Source of the DNA: Euglena gracilis
Taxonomy: Eukaryota
Direction of reading: 5' to 3'
Length of the DNA stretch: 64,000 nt
Assembly: GCA_039621445.1 (NCBI GenBank)
Contig: CP154954.1
Location: forward strand, 49,703,847 to 49,767,846
Of the stretch, positions 14,024 to 27,100 are shown in pieces. The stretch's first letter is position 1, and every line of letters starts with the position of its first letter. The position numbers and the translations under genes were made by a program. The notes beneath the pieces are model-generated. The model did not search any database. It worked only from the letters and a program-made list of their open reading frames with translations, and was not told where the DNA came from.

Positions 14024-14376
14024 CATACAATTTTTTACCGACCCCTTGGGGGGAGGGGGGGTCACTCCACTTTTTGAAAAACCAGTCAGTCACTTTTTTT
14101 TGGGAAGCCAGTCAGTCACTACCCCACCCCCCCCCCCGGGGGGTCGGCCACCCAGGAAAACCAGCCACTTTCCAGCCACTTAAGGCCATTTTAGGCCAAA
14201 AAATTTTTCCCGGCGCCTTCGGCGCCGGGGTCACTCAAGCCACTTTTGCCCACCCCTGGCCGACCCCCCCCCCCAGGGGGGGGAGGGGGTCTGGGCCCAA
14301 AACCAGTCAGTCACTCTGAAAAAACCAGTCAGTCACCCACCCGGGAGGGGGGGGACAGTGCTTAAAAAATTGTCTG
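14024..14376. mobile_element. MITE, CATACAATT family (AACCAGTCAGTCAC internal motif)
   Basis: CATACAATTTTTTA...TAAAAAATTGTCTG; perfect TSD ATTCTGAC. Confidence 0.88.
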
Positions 14377-15446
14377 ATTCTGACATAAATACTTTTCCCC
14401 AGAAAACAGAGGAAAACTCCCCTGAGGGAACCACCCCAGGCAACCCCCCTGGGGGGGGGGCACCCACCCCGCTACCCTACTGGGAAAAAACTTTGGAATT
14501 TTGTAAAAAAGACAAAAGCAGCAAAAACTGATCACCAGAATCCTTCGACCATTAGCCATCCACCCAAAACGATTTGGTTCTCGCCCCTGTTCGATCCTTG
14601 ACCTGGCATTGAGGGCTGTTCTCGGTAAACGATGCGAGCCTGACCTGAGAGCCTCTGTAATGTGAATAACCTGTATGAAGATGGGAAACAGCCAGGGGTG
14701 GTCTTATTGGCAGGCTTGTTGGTCCGTGACGATTACAAAGAAAACTTTGCGGACGGTGCAACAAACAAGGAATAACTAAGAGCTGTGGCCATTCAGCTCT
14801 AACACTCATGATAACCGACAACCTGGGGGACGGGGTCGGCTGTTCATTTTTTGAACGTTATGTCCCTTCGATCAACCCATCAACCCATCTGGGTCCTCTA
14901 TAGCGGCTTCGGGTTCCTTCCCAGGGGTAAATCGATGTCAAAATGCTCATCACGAGAGTTCTGGTTTGCAATATGCTGAATTTGACCCACCGCTGGGTCT
15001 CGGTGTGCCCTGGAGTGCCTGGGCAGGGAAGCACACAACGTGGGGGGGGGGGCGGGGGTCGGTGCCCGACTGGCTGTGAGTTGAAATCGACCAAAATGAC
15101 CTTTTCTTTGGGCTTCGGGCACCTTCAAGGCCGGAGTGTCTTGGCGGAGAGCTCAGGCTGGGCACACTCCAAGGCACCCGAGAAAACCAGAATCCGACGC
15201 TGACGCAAGAGCTGCCTGGGCTGTGGAGAGGGCTAGGGAGACTGGCGCCTTTCGGGCGTGAAAAGGAGGCGGGATAAGAATCTTCCGCTGGCAGAGTGGC
15301 GTGAGGCAAACAGAGGGTTGGGTGGGGACGCACCTCGCATACGGTTTTGAGTCACCTCCCCTCCCCTCCCAGTGACAGCACTGGAAGGAAACTCGAGCTG
15401 CCCTCCGCACAGGGCCACAAGGCAGCGGTATATAACGCCCAGGGGC

Positions 15447-18173
15447 CTAATGCGCCTCATGCAGGAAGTGCTGGTGGATCTTCTCCTGCAGCAGGCAGCA
15501 GTTCTGCTTTGCGTCGCCAAGGAACATATTCGTGTTCGGCTTGTAGAACACCGGGTTGTCCACCCCCGCGTACCCAGTCGCCATCGAGCGCTTCAGAATG
15601 ATGCACTGCGGCCATGGGACGAACAACTACATGCACGCCAGGACGGTCCTTAACGGAAAAAATTTCCCGTCTCATCACATTCAATGAATAATACATAAGA
15701 AAGATGGACGAAAAGATGGCCATGCAAACAGGCTTCTTTTTAACCCCCCCCCACCCACTCACCCAGCCCGGTGCCGGATCCCCCCAAATCGGGTTGTCTG
15801 AGGGCATTTCCCAAAAAAAATTTCGGCGCTTTGCGCCGAAACCCATACCTAGGCCGGAACCCCCTCCCCCGGGTCTTCTGACTTGGAAAGAAGCGGCAAA
15901 ACGGGTCGACTTCGGGGAGAAAAAAGTGATTTCTGGCATCCTTGGACCATCGCCCATCCACCCAAAATGTCAAAAAATGTGTTTTTCGACTTTTCAATTT
16001 TTGACACCTTGGTCGTTCCTTTGGCCCAAGGGTGGTGGTCCTCAAGGGGCGGTCCTTAAAGAAAAAAAATTCCGTCCCTTGTGGACTGCCCTGATGCATG
16101 CACGGGTATTGCATTGCAATATGAGGAGCAATTTGTTTCAGACCCTGCACAAAACATAACGCGACAGCACCACCGACCACTGGCCGCGCTCAACTGGTTG
16201 CAACAACCAGCGCCAGGCGTCGCCGGACCACACCTTCTGTGCCTTCCAGACCTTGAGGACCGGCATCCCAGCGATGGGGGAGTTGGGGTCGTCCTCGGCG
16301 GCACTGTTGATCGTGTCGTTGGCCCCTGAAAGTGATTGCGTCGGGGAGCTTTGGCAATGCCACGGCGGAAAACATGCGCACCGCCACAATGCAACTGGTG
16401 AGGTGGCCAAGCTTCTTAAAATGGAAAAAAATGGCGGTGCAATTATCGGGTTTGGTTCCAAGCAGGGGTTTTCTTAAGGACCCCCCCGGGGGGGGGGGGT
16501 CCAGCCTCCGGCTGGCAAAAAAGCTGCTGGCTGGATTTGAGCTGCTGGCTGGACCCCCCCGGGGGGGAGAGGGGGGGGGGCCCGGTGCTGGAGGGGGCTG
16601 GGCTGGGCTGGGTCGACGGTAAACAAAATTTCCAATAATTTTTTGCCATTTTCGACATTTTGATGGATGGAGCTAGATCAAGGCTGGGGGGCTGTGATGG
16701 AGGAAGTTGTGATGAGGGGGGAAAATGCAGGGATAGGTGTGCTGGGCAGCCCAGTTGGCTAGTTGGCTGGCCGGCCTGTAGCCGGCTGGCCCGGCCTCCA
16801 GCCGGGCTGGACCCAACTTTATTTCACTTGACCCCCCCGGGGGGGGTGGCTCGCAGCCCGAGTTTGGGCTGCTGGCTGGATTTGAGCTGCTGGCTGGCTG
16901 GACCCCCCCCCCGGGGATGGGGTACCCTCCGGCTTAAGAAAACCCCTGGTTCCAAGGCATGGGAACTCACCGAATGCCCAGTGCCAGCATCTGAATCCTA
17001 ATTCTGAAATTGTCACGGCCGCAACATGAGCGCACATTCCGAACTGTATTGAACCAAATCCCACACCAATCACGAGGCTCACATCGGCGCCCTCGAACTG
17101 GTCGTTGATCTCGTCCATCTCGAACACAATGTCGTACGGGATGTTGGCCTCCGCCAGCAGCACGTTGAGCTGCCCGGGCATGCGGCCCGCGACTGGGTGG
17201 ATGGCGAACAGGGCCGCCCCCAAGCTTTGGACCGGTCCGAACCACACCCCGGCAGTGGACGAACGGAGCGGCTTCTTGTTACCCACCCCGGGGGGGGAGG
17301 GGGGTGCCTTGTGCTCTGGGGTGCCTGCCCACAGCAGGCACACCCCCCCCCCCAGGGGGGGTTGGTTTTGGACCCCGGTGCCTGCCGACCAAGCCAAATT
17401 TCTCTCTTGAAAATGGCCTTTTTCGGGCCCCGGCACCTTTGGCGCCAGGGGGTGTGCTCATGCTTGTGCTTACCGACCAGGGGGGGGGGGAGGGGGGGGT
17501 GGGTGCTATGGGGTGCCTGCCCCTAGCAGGCACACCCCCCCCCCCTGGGGAGGGGATAGGGGTCCGGGCCGGACCCAGAAAATTTTCATTGAAAATGGCC
17601 TTTTCCGGGCCCCTGGCGCCTTCGGCGCCGGGGTCGGGGGGGGGGGGTGCCTGCTAGGGGCAGGCACCCCCCAAAACCCTCCCCCGCCCCCCCCGGGGGG
17701 GGCGGATCGGGTGCTATGGGGTGCCTGCCCCTAGCACCCCCCCCCCCTCCGTGGGGTAGGCACCCGACCAAGCACAAGCCTGGGTGTGCTATAGCACTGT
17801 CCACCCTTTGTCCCTTCCAAGCCTCTCCCACCACCTTGTCCCCCCTCCCCACAAGCCTCCTTATCACCTCCAGTCTCTAAAACCCCCGACGACCAAACAA
17901 TTTCATAACGTTGTTTCACGTGCAACCGTTTGCAGTTCAGGGGGGTTCCACCTGAACATCCTGCCCCATATCCTAAAGTAACAACTCCCCGCAAATCTTC
18001 CAAATCCCACACATCACAACCACTCCCCCCAGCTCTGTGGCGGGCGAGACATCGACGCGGTGCTTGCGCAGGGTCTGGACCATCTCCGCCAGGGGGTACT
18101 GGCCCTGGGCCACCGCCAGGCCGTAGCCCGGGACGATGATGATCTTCTTCGCGTTGACCAGCTCCGAGACCAC
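15447..18173 (-). CDS. NNT: NNT exons 26-29, NADP(H)-binding domain III (18173-~18046; ~17209-17067; 16325-16234; 15605-15447)
   Basis: [43 protein letters not shown] motifs; TAG at 15449-15447. Confidence 0.93.
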
Positions 18174-21100
18174 CTGCGGGTGACCGGCAGGGAGGGGGGG
18201 GGGTGGCAGACACGACGGACGGCGGAGTCACATGGCTCAACCCCCCAACCCCCCTTCAAGCTACACACCCAAACTCCAACCCTGTACTGAACCTGAACCC
18301 TTTCCTGAACCCTGCCCTCTAACTTAAAATGCCACCAGGCAACACCCCTCCAACCCTGCACCCACACCTGGGTTCGTGCGAATGTGGGTGGGAAACGACC
18401 CACCACAAATTAACAAACACATCATGGTCATGGACAGGCACCTATGGTCACTTCCCATTTTGGTGCTCTGGTCGGCCCTGGTCGGCCCTGGTCGGCCCTG
18501 GTCGGCAAATAGTCGGCCATAGGTGGGGGTGCAGAAAAAAATGTGAAGGGATGCAATGATTTTCTGAATTGTCTCGCCAAGATCAAAAGGAAGTGCCCCA
18601 TAAGGCCTCCATTGGCTCCCCAAAAGCAACCAAAATGACCTAAAATGGCTTGAAATAACCAAAAATACCCAAAAACGCCAACAAAATCCACAAAAGATTG
18701 TGAAAAATGACTCAAAATTGCCAAAAGGGCGCAAAATGGCCAAAATTCCATAAAAAATGCTCAGATTGACCCAAATTCGCCCAATATTTGCCAAATCAGT
18801 GACAAATAGCCCCCAAATTAGCAAAAACTGGTCCATAATGGCCAAAATGTGTGTAAAACTGGAGATTTGTGAGGAAATTATCCAAAAATGGGTTTAGTTC
18901 TTCAAAATATACAAAAAAAATGCCAGCATCACCCAGCAACACCCTGTATCGCCCAGCATCGCCCAGCATCGGAACCCCACCTCTGGTCTCCAAAAATCCA
19001 GCATCACCCAGCATCGCCCTGCATCGCCCGGAAATGCGGTGGTTTTCTGGTTGATCAAAATTTCTGTGTCTGCCCCATTTCTGGAGCCAGGGGGGCTACA
19101 TGCAGTTTCAAGGTCTTATTTGTCAGAAAAACACGTTGACTTTTATTCAGTTTTTGCCTGATAATTAAACTTTGTGAAGGATATTTTTGTGTACTAGTTA
19201 CTGTGTTGAGACGGTGTTTGTTGTAATCACAATGCATCCACGACCAGGCACCTAGGCGACAGGGCGGCCGACCAGGCCGCTTCAGTGGTTGGCCGACCGA
19301 AGGGGATGGATGAGGAAATTCGGCAGCTTTCCCTCTGGACAAGCACCCCTTGTTTTTGACATTTCATATATTTTTCATATATTTGACATTTTGTACGCTT
19401 TTGTTTCACACTTTCATATAATTCGATTGAGGCATTGATTTTGATTTGAAAGGGGGGCATTCCATAAAACCTCCCCTCACAAACATAGAAATTCCCCCAA
19501 AACAAGAACACGTGGGATCCTGATATTGCGACAAAATATTGAACTGTTTTTTGAAAGATGGCACATAACAGAAAGCTTCGAAAATAAACTGCGGCCTGAC
19601 ATCTGATTCCCCCAAAAAACAACAAAATAGCAGAAGACAGACACAAATACATTTTTCGGGGTCAATCAGAGGAGGGGTATCGAAACTGGGTGTACCGGGA
19701 AGTTTTCTTGGCGTCGGTGTTTTGCTGAAGCCTGATACTCTTGCTTTTGCTGTTGTTTTGATTTTATTCTATTTTCAAAGCCAAAGCATTCTTCTCTTTC
19801 TCCAACCCCCCAGCACGTCACACCTCGTCCACGTCCACAATGGTGGGCTCCCCCTCGATCGCCATCTGTGGCCCCTTCACGGTGCCCAGCCCGCCGAAGA
19901 TGACGGCCACGATGGAGCGGTTCATGGCGCGGCACATGATCCACGTCAGCAGCAAGCACCCATGGTCACAACGAGTCCCAGACCCAGTCACGCCCGGTCA
20001 TGCCCGGTCATTTCATGAATGCGTGGTCAGCAGGGCCCCACTGGAGCCGATGAGGGACCCGACTATCCCCGCCATCGCCTGGCTGGCAGCTTCCCGGCCC
20101 ACCCCCCCTCTGACGGGGGCTGGCGGGCATGGGCCAGCGTTCCTGGCCAAAACACGCCCACACTTCAACACAATCATGCTGGGGAGGCACGGCCAACTTT
20201 TACAAAAACCAGTCGTGCTTTGTGCAATCACTCCGACCCTCCCCAGCTCACTCACCACCTCCAGATGCTAAAAAGCGAAAAGATATTGCAGAAGGGTTTT
20301 TTTCCTCAAGAAATGATAAGAGTCGACTTCGACTCTTGACGCCATCCAGTATCCAGTGGACATTCTCCCACTTCCCAGTGGTCAGAGGCCACTTGCTGGG
20401 GCCATGGGGTTTGTGTGGGTGCAGACAATTTTGGGGGGACTCCAACCTGTGGGGGGGGGGGTTGGATGCCATTCCTGCACTGAAGGTTTAGCTCAGAGGT
20501 AGCCACAGGGTTGGATGGGAAGCCTTGAAAGGGGGGGTGGGTCGGACCCCCCCTCCCGACACGGGGTGGGTCGGACGCCCCCCTCCTACCTCGAAACTGA
20601 GGAGGGGCCGAAAATTTTTCGATTTCATGGACGGGCAAAGGGCCAGAAATCGGTCAAAAAATCAGAAAGGATCGAAAACGGTCAAAAATCCCTGATTCTT
20701 CTTTGAAAATCGATCCAAAAATGCTCATTTTTTGAAATTTTTTTGAACATTTTTTTGGGGGAATACACCAACACATCAAAAAATTTTGTGCTATTTTTGG
20801 CACCTGTTAAGGCGGGGGGGTGGGGGGGCCCGACCCCCTACTCAACATCGAGGGGGGGGGGGTGGTTCGGACCCCCCCCTACCACCTCACCCCTGGGGGG
20901 GGGGGTCGGGACCAGGTTTTGAATAGTGCTGAGCTCTCAATAAGCGCGCACGCACCCCTTCATTGAGCCCTCCACACATACCAGCCCACTCCATGGAGGG
21001 TACCCAAAGGCCTGCCCACCTGGACCCAAGGGAAAGGGTCATATGGCCCTCAAACTGGAAACCGATCGGGGGTTCTCATTATGTTCTCTGGGATAGTTAT

Positions 21101-24100
21101 TCGAGTGTGCCGGCTGGATTAGTGCCTACGGTTGTGAAAAACATGCGGATATCATAAAACTAGCAAAATTTGAAAGAATCTGGATGGGTGCGTTTTCGGC
21201 TCAAAAACAGTTTTTCTGGGTCCGGGAGGTAAAAAAACATCGTTTCCGGCAAAAAAAATTTTCGATTTTTTTCGACTTTTTTGGCCGAAAACGGCTGAAT
21301 TGAAAAGTGGAAAAAGTGTACAAAATGGCCGAAAATGGCCTAAATTGGCTAAAAAAACGCCCGTATCTCGGGCCAGGCGGGGAGTTGTGGGGAAACCAAA
21401 ATCCCAGTACATAGAGCGTTCCAAGGGCTTCAATTTAGGTATCTGGACATTTCCTTTGATTTTGCATCATTTTCGAAATTTTGGAAACATCGATTTTTTG
21501 ACCCCCCACCCCCTGAAAACGGCCAGAGAGAGAGAGAGAGAGAAATCAGAAGAGAGAAGTCGAACAGAGGGAAAAGTGCACAAAACGGCCATCTGCGCCG
21601 AAAAAGGCCGTATCTCGGGCTAGGCGGGGAGTTGCGGGAAAATCAAAATATCAGTTGATGGGGCGTTCCAAGGGCTTCAAATTAGGTCTCCGGAAATTTC
21701 AGTAGATTTGGCTTCATTTTGGAGATATTTTGAAATTTGACATTTTTTTTGGCCGAAATGGCAGAGTCCAAAGGGGGGGGGGGGCTTATCCAGGGGGGGG
21801 GGGTAAATCCTACCCAGTTTGGACCCCTTCGCGCGTGAATAACTTGGGCTTGGCGGGGAGTTGGGGGTCAAACCCAGGTGATTCGGAAACTAGAAATCCA
21901 GTCGCTCGCGACTGAAAAAAAAATGCCAGGAACGGGGCCGGGATCATGGTGATAATCCGTCGGTCTCCTGGTGGCCCCGACCCGGGGGGGGGGAGGGGGG
22001 GGTCGAGGGGGGGGTTTCGCCGGGCGTAAGCTTCGCTCTTACCCATAAAGGGATAAGAGCTCAGCGACCCCCCCCCTACCACCTACCTCAATACCGAAAG
22101 GCTTCCCATCCAACCCTAACCCTGGGTAGCCAAGGAGGGAACCCCCATCCCCGGGGCAACCCCAGGCAGGGGATGGGCAGCAGCATGTTGTTCTCCAGCA
22201 TGAACCCTGGGTAAGGAACGACCCGAGATCACACCAGCCAGAATGGCCAGATGACCACCTCTCCAACAATGCCCCATATCCACTTAACTCCCTTCCCCCC
22301 AGGGCTCTGGTTTGCTGAATCTGACGAAGGGGGGGGACTTGGAAAAAATCATAATTTTCAACATTCTTGTGCTCAACATAAGCCTTTGCCGTACATTTGA
22401 AGCGGAAAATGTCATTGTCCACAGCGCCTTGGATCGGGGATTCAGACGGGGCCTTAAATTGGAGGTTTTATTTTACCTTGAGTCATGGCCAGTTTCCCCC
22501 CCCCAGGGCCCCCAGGACCCCTTCTGCTCAGCACAGGACCCACTGACCGTGGAGTTCCGGGCCAGGGGTTTTTTTTAAGACCGGGGGGGGGGAGGGGGGT
22601 CCCCCCCACCCCCCCGCCCCCCTGGGGGGGCCCCCCGGGGGGGGGAGGGGGTCCTGGGGGACACACAAAAAATGGCCGAAAAAGCGCAAAACGTGCTAAA
22701 AAAAGAATTTTTCGGCGCCTGCGGCGCCGAAAAGTATATCCCACCCCCCTCCGGGGGGACCCCCCCCCCAGGGGGGGGAGTGCGTCCGGCGGACCCACCC
22801 ACCCTACGCCCCCTCCCCCCCCCGGGGGTCCAAACTTAAAAAATCCCTGTTCCGGGCACCTTCGGCGCCCGCTACCGGGGGGGGGGGGGCTACCACCCCC
22901 CCCCCCGGACCCCCCCGGCCTTCAAAATAACCTCATCTTGTGGGACAAAAATTTTGCCTAAGAGTTGCAATATGCATTTTTCCACATTATTTCTACCCCA
23001 CAGCTTTTTGCACAAGATATGGCATCTGATTCCGCCGCTTGCTTTGTTCTTCGGAACAAAACCCCCGTTCCACGATAGGCTGCTGCCTGCCCCCTGTGCG
23101 GGTGGACGGGTGATGACTCGTTTGGGAACACACAGCCATTCTCCGGGTTATGCATTGCGGTGTGCGTACGGCGGCGTCGTGGTCCTTGTCGTCGTCGAAC
23201 TCGGTGTCCACCGGCAAGGGGCTCGCGGCGCACATCACACACCATGAGCAGTGGTGCTATTGTTCGTGGACCACCCGTCCGGGACGGGGCTGTCACGAGC
23301 CCCTCGTGGATCCAGAGCACAGCCTATTTTTATTTTTTCGACCCGGTCTGGAGGTACCCCCGTCCCCGACCGGGGTTTGAACCTGGGTCGCTCGCATGGA
23401 CCGCACTGCGGGGGACCACTAGGCCGGGGGGTAGGGGCAATGGTTGTACGTGCCGTTCACTCCTCTTTCCGCCCCGGGCGGCGGTGGTGCCGTGATTGTT
23501 GCGTCAGAAAGAAAGCGGGTCAGAAAACTAAGGTTTATCGTAATCCGGGTCCCAGCCGTTGCGGCAGACCCGGGCGATGAAGGCCTGGAGGCCCTTCCAG
23601 CCCCCCCGATGACCACTTTGTGGTCCTGTCAGGTAAGGTGCCGAGAGAGGCAGAAGAAACACCACTCCTCGGCGTCGCACATGCCCCGCCGCACGCCACA
23701 GTACCCACCGACCGTGGAGTTCCGGGCGCCCGCTACTGGGGGGGGCTCCCCCCCCCGGACCCCCCCGGGCGTCAAAATAACCTCACCTTGTGCTACAAAA
23801 TTTTTGCCAGAAAGTAGCAGGAACCCCCAGGCCCCCCCCAGGACCCCCCCAGGACAGTGTCCTGGGGGGGGGGGGGAAACTGGCCATAAGCGTTGGACCT
23901 TTGTTCGGTCGGTCCAACCTCTGACACCGACAGTACTGTGCGTTTCGGGGAAACGATCAACGTTTTGGGTTGGGGCGGCGCACCCTCTGCCACGAGGGCC
24001 CACCCGGAGTAGGAGTTGAGCACCGTGATGACGACGGGCATGTCGGCGCCGCCGATGCTGTCCGTCAGGTGCCACCCCTCGAAGAACGCGATGGCCGTGG

Positions 24101-27100
24101 CGGAGCCCAGCATGATGAGCCTGGGGGAGAGGGGCCGGGGAGGGGAGGGGGCCACCGCTGGGGTGGCATTGCCGCCACAATTCTGTGAATGCAAAAAATT
24201 GACCCCCCCCTCCAGTAGGGGTTGGTCAGGGTTCTGACAGTCACGCTGCCCGACTGTCCAACTCACCGGACCAGGGAGTGGTGGAATGACCGCGGGGGAA
24301 GGGGAGGTCCAGATCCGTGGCAGGCAAGTTTGGACTTCCGGGGAAGCCTGCTTTTCAAGGGTTGGCCACGGGGGCTCACACGCAGCAGTGCACCCGCCCA
24401 CACAACAACACGGCCGCCACACCCAAACTGCATCTCCGGGGGCTGCGCCATGTACGCCACGAACAGCCCCGCCAGCCCCAGCCCCATCACGGAGTTGAGG
24501 AAGTCCCGGCCGGGGATCTCCAGCGCGTCCGACTTCCAGTTGCCGTTCAGCTTCGCGAACGCGACCAGCGAGCCCGTGAACGTCACGCCACCGATGACGC
24601 TGCCCAGGAAGATGGCCACCCGCTGCGGGCAGAGCTCGGCACTTGCGACGGGGGGGGGGGGCGCTGCTGTGTTTGATTTGCACCGGCTTTCTTCTTGCAC
24701 GGCGGCACGCATTTGGAGGCCGTGGGGAAAACTGACAGGGTCAGTTGTGCCCCTGCGGCTGAACCAATGCTGGGAGATCAAAACCCAAGAAAAAAAAGAC
24801 CAAAAAAGGAGGCAATAAGCGGACCTCAATTAAACAGTGAAACTGTTGACGGAAAGAAAGGCGGGGGGCAGTCAGGATCACGTTGTGGCTGGCGCTGGTC
24901 TGATGTTGCCTGTGTCAGTGAGGGCAAAGGTGTTCACCTGTGAGAAGAAAAAATAAATTAAACAATACAATAATAATGATAATCCCCCCTCGTAACAGGG
25001 CAGCAAATTTAGGTTTGCTTTTCTTTCCATCAAATTCAAGTACCCAGCACTCCCAGCACAACCCAGCACTCCTGCAATGCAGCTGAAGCCAGGAACATTT
25101 GGTTGCATTTATTACAGTGCCTTTTCGAAGAAAGATGAAGCTCTTTGTCCAGTGGGTCCCAAACAGGCTTCTTTTTAAGACCCCCCGGGGGGGGGTCCCC
25201 CCCACCTACCCAGGGTGGCGTGGGACCCCCCACCCCAAAATCGGGCCCGTTAGAGGCAATTTTCAAAAATTTTCGGTGCTTCGCACAAAAAGGTATACCC
25301 GGCGCCTCCGGCACGGGACCCCCCCCTTAGATGCACTTTGGCTTCTGTCTGGTTTAAGGCCTGGCGCTGCACAGACATTCATTTAGTGTGGTTCACAAAA
25401 TACGTGTGAACCACAAATTTTTTTTTGGTGTCCACAGGTGAACCACAAAATTTTTTTTGGTGTCCACATGTGAACCACAAATTTTTTTTTGGTGTCCACA
25501 AGTGAACCACAAAAAATTTTTTGGTGTCCACAAAAAAGTTTGTTGCCACAAATCTTGATTGAGTATCGGAAAAAAATTAAGTTTTACAACTAAAAGCGGA
25601 TTGATCTTGAAAAACCTCAGCCAAATTGTCACCTTGGCTCCGGCTCAATCCATAAATTGTGGCAGCGAACCACACCCCCAGGCTTGTATGGGAATCTCGG
25701 AGGGGGGGGGGGGGGGGGGACCCCCCTCCAACCTCAAATTTTTGGTCACCGAATCTCCTCAGTTTCCGGGTCGAAAAAATCGAAAAAATAGAAGCAAAGG
25801 GGTGTGGGGGGGGTATGGGAGGGGGTCGCTGACCTCTTAACCTTTCAAAAAATTGCTGTAAGTAACCGTAAATTGCAGGGGTGTAACTTTCAAATTTATG
25901 AAATTTGCAATGCCAGTCTTTTCGGACATCCATTACGTGCAAGTCCCATAAAGAGCTCAACACTATTCAAACCTGGTACCCCCCCAGTTTCGGAAGGGGG
26001 TCCCCCACCCCTCCTCCTCTGCGGAGGAAAAAAAAATCTTCCGGCGCAAAGCGCCGGGTGTGTATTTTAGGACCCTCTTGAGGCTCAATATGAAAATTTG
26101 CACCCAAATGCATGGGTTCCGGGCCAAAACCGGGGGGGGGGGTCGAAAACACACACATTTTCGGTTCAAAAAAAGTTCTTCCGGCTCCGGGAAACATCGT
26201 TTCGGGCAAAATTTTTTCGATTTTTTTTCGAATTTTTCGACCTTTTCAACCCAAAAATGGCTAAATCAAAACAGGCCAAAACTGTCAAAATGGCCCAAAT
26301 TGGCTGAAAAATGGCCGTAACTCGGGCTGGGCGGTGAGTTGCAGGAAATCAAATACCTTTCCTTTGACTCCCCACCATTTTCGAGAACTTTTGGGGAAAT
26401 CGATTATTTGACTCAAACGTTTGGTGTCCACATGTGAACCACAAATATTTTTTTGGTGTCCACAGGTGAACCACAAAAAAAATTTTGGTGTCCACAGGTG
26501 AACCACAAATTTTTTTTTGGTGTCCACACGTGAACCACAAAAAAATTTTTGGTGTCCACAGTGAACCACAAAATGTCAACCTTGGTGTACCACACTAAAT
26601 GAATGTCTGGCGCTGCATTCCGCTTCTGGCCCTTTCTTCGGAGCAACTCCCAATAATTGTCCGACCCCATATTCACTGGGACTTCAAACTTCCGTTTTGT
26701 GTTTCCCTTGCCCTTCCCCTCCCCCTTGGGTTTTCGGCTCCCCTTTCTGGCTGCTGCTGCTGCTGCTTCTGTTGCTGCTCGATTTCGTTCCCAAGAGGTG
26801 CTCGGGGTGGTAAGGGGCCTACTCCTCCACTGCGTGCCGGCGGGTACCGGTGTCACCTGCAGTGGGCCCTTTTTACCACCACAGCCCGCCGGGTCCCCCC
26901 GGGAAGGAAATGCTTTCCGCTGCTGCTTGCTGGGCTGCTGCTGTTGCTGCTGCTTCCCCGACCCTTTGGACCCACCCTGGGCTCTTTGCTCTTGGTGTGG
27001 TTCCCAGTCGTTGTGTTGCTGTCTCCCGTTGCTGTTCTCAATGGGATGGGCATACGGGCATGAGGTGGTCCTCCACCAGCATCCCATCCCATACTTGCAC

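Noticed and set aside
25400-26575. ~31-bp repeats resembling a CRISPR array
   Set aside because: Head-to-tail units without unique spacers, inside a TIR element with a TSD; eukaryotic context and no cas genes
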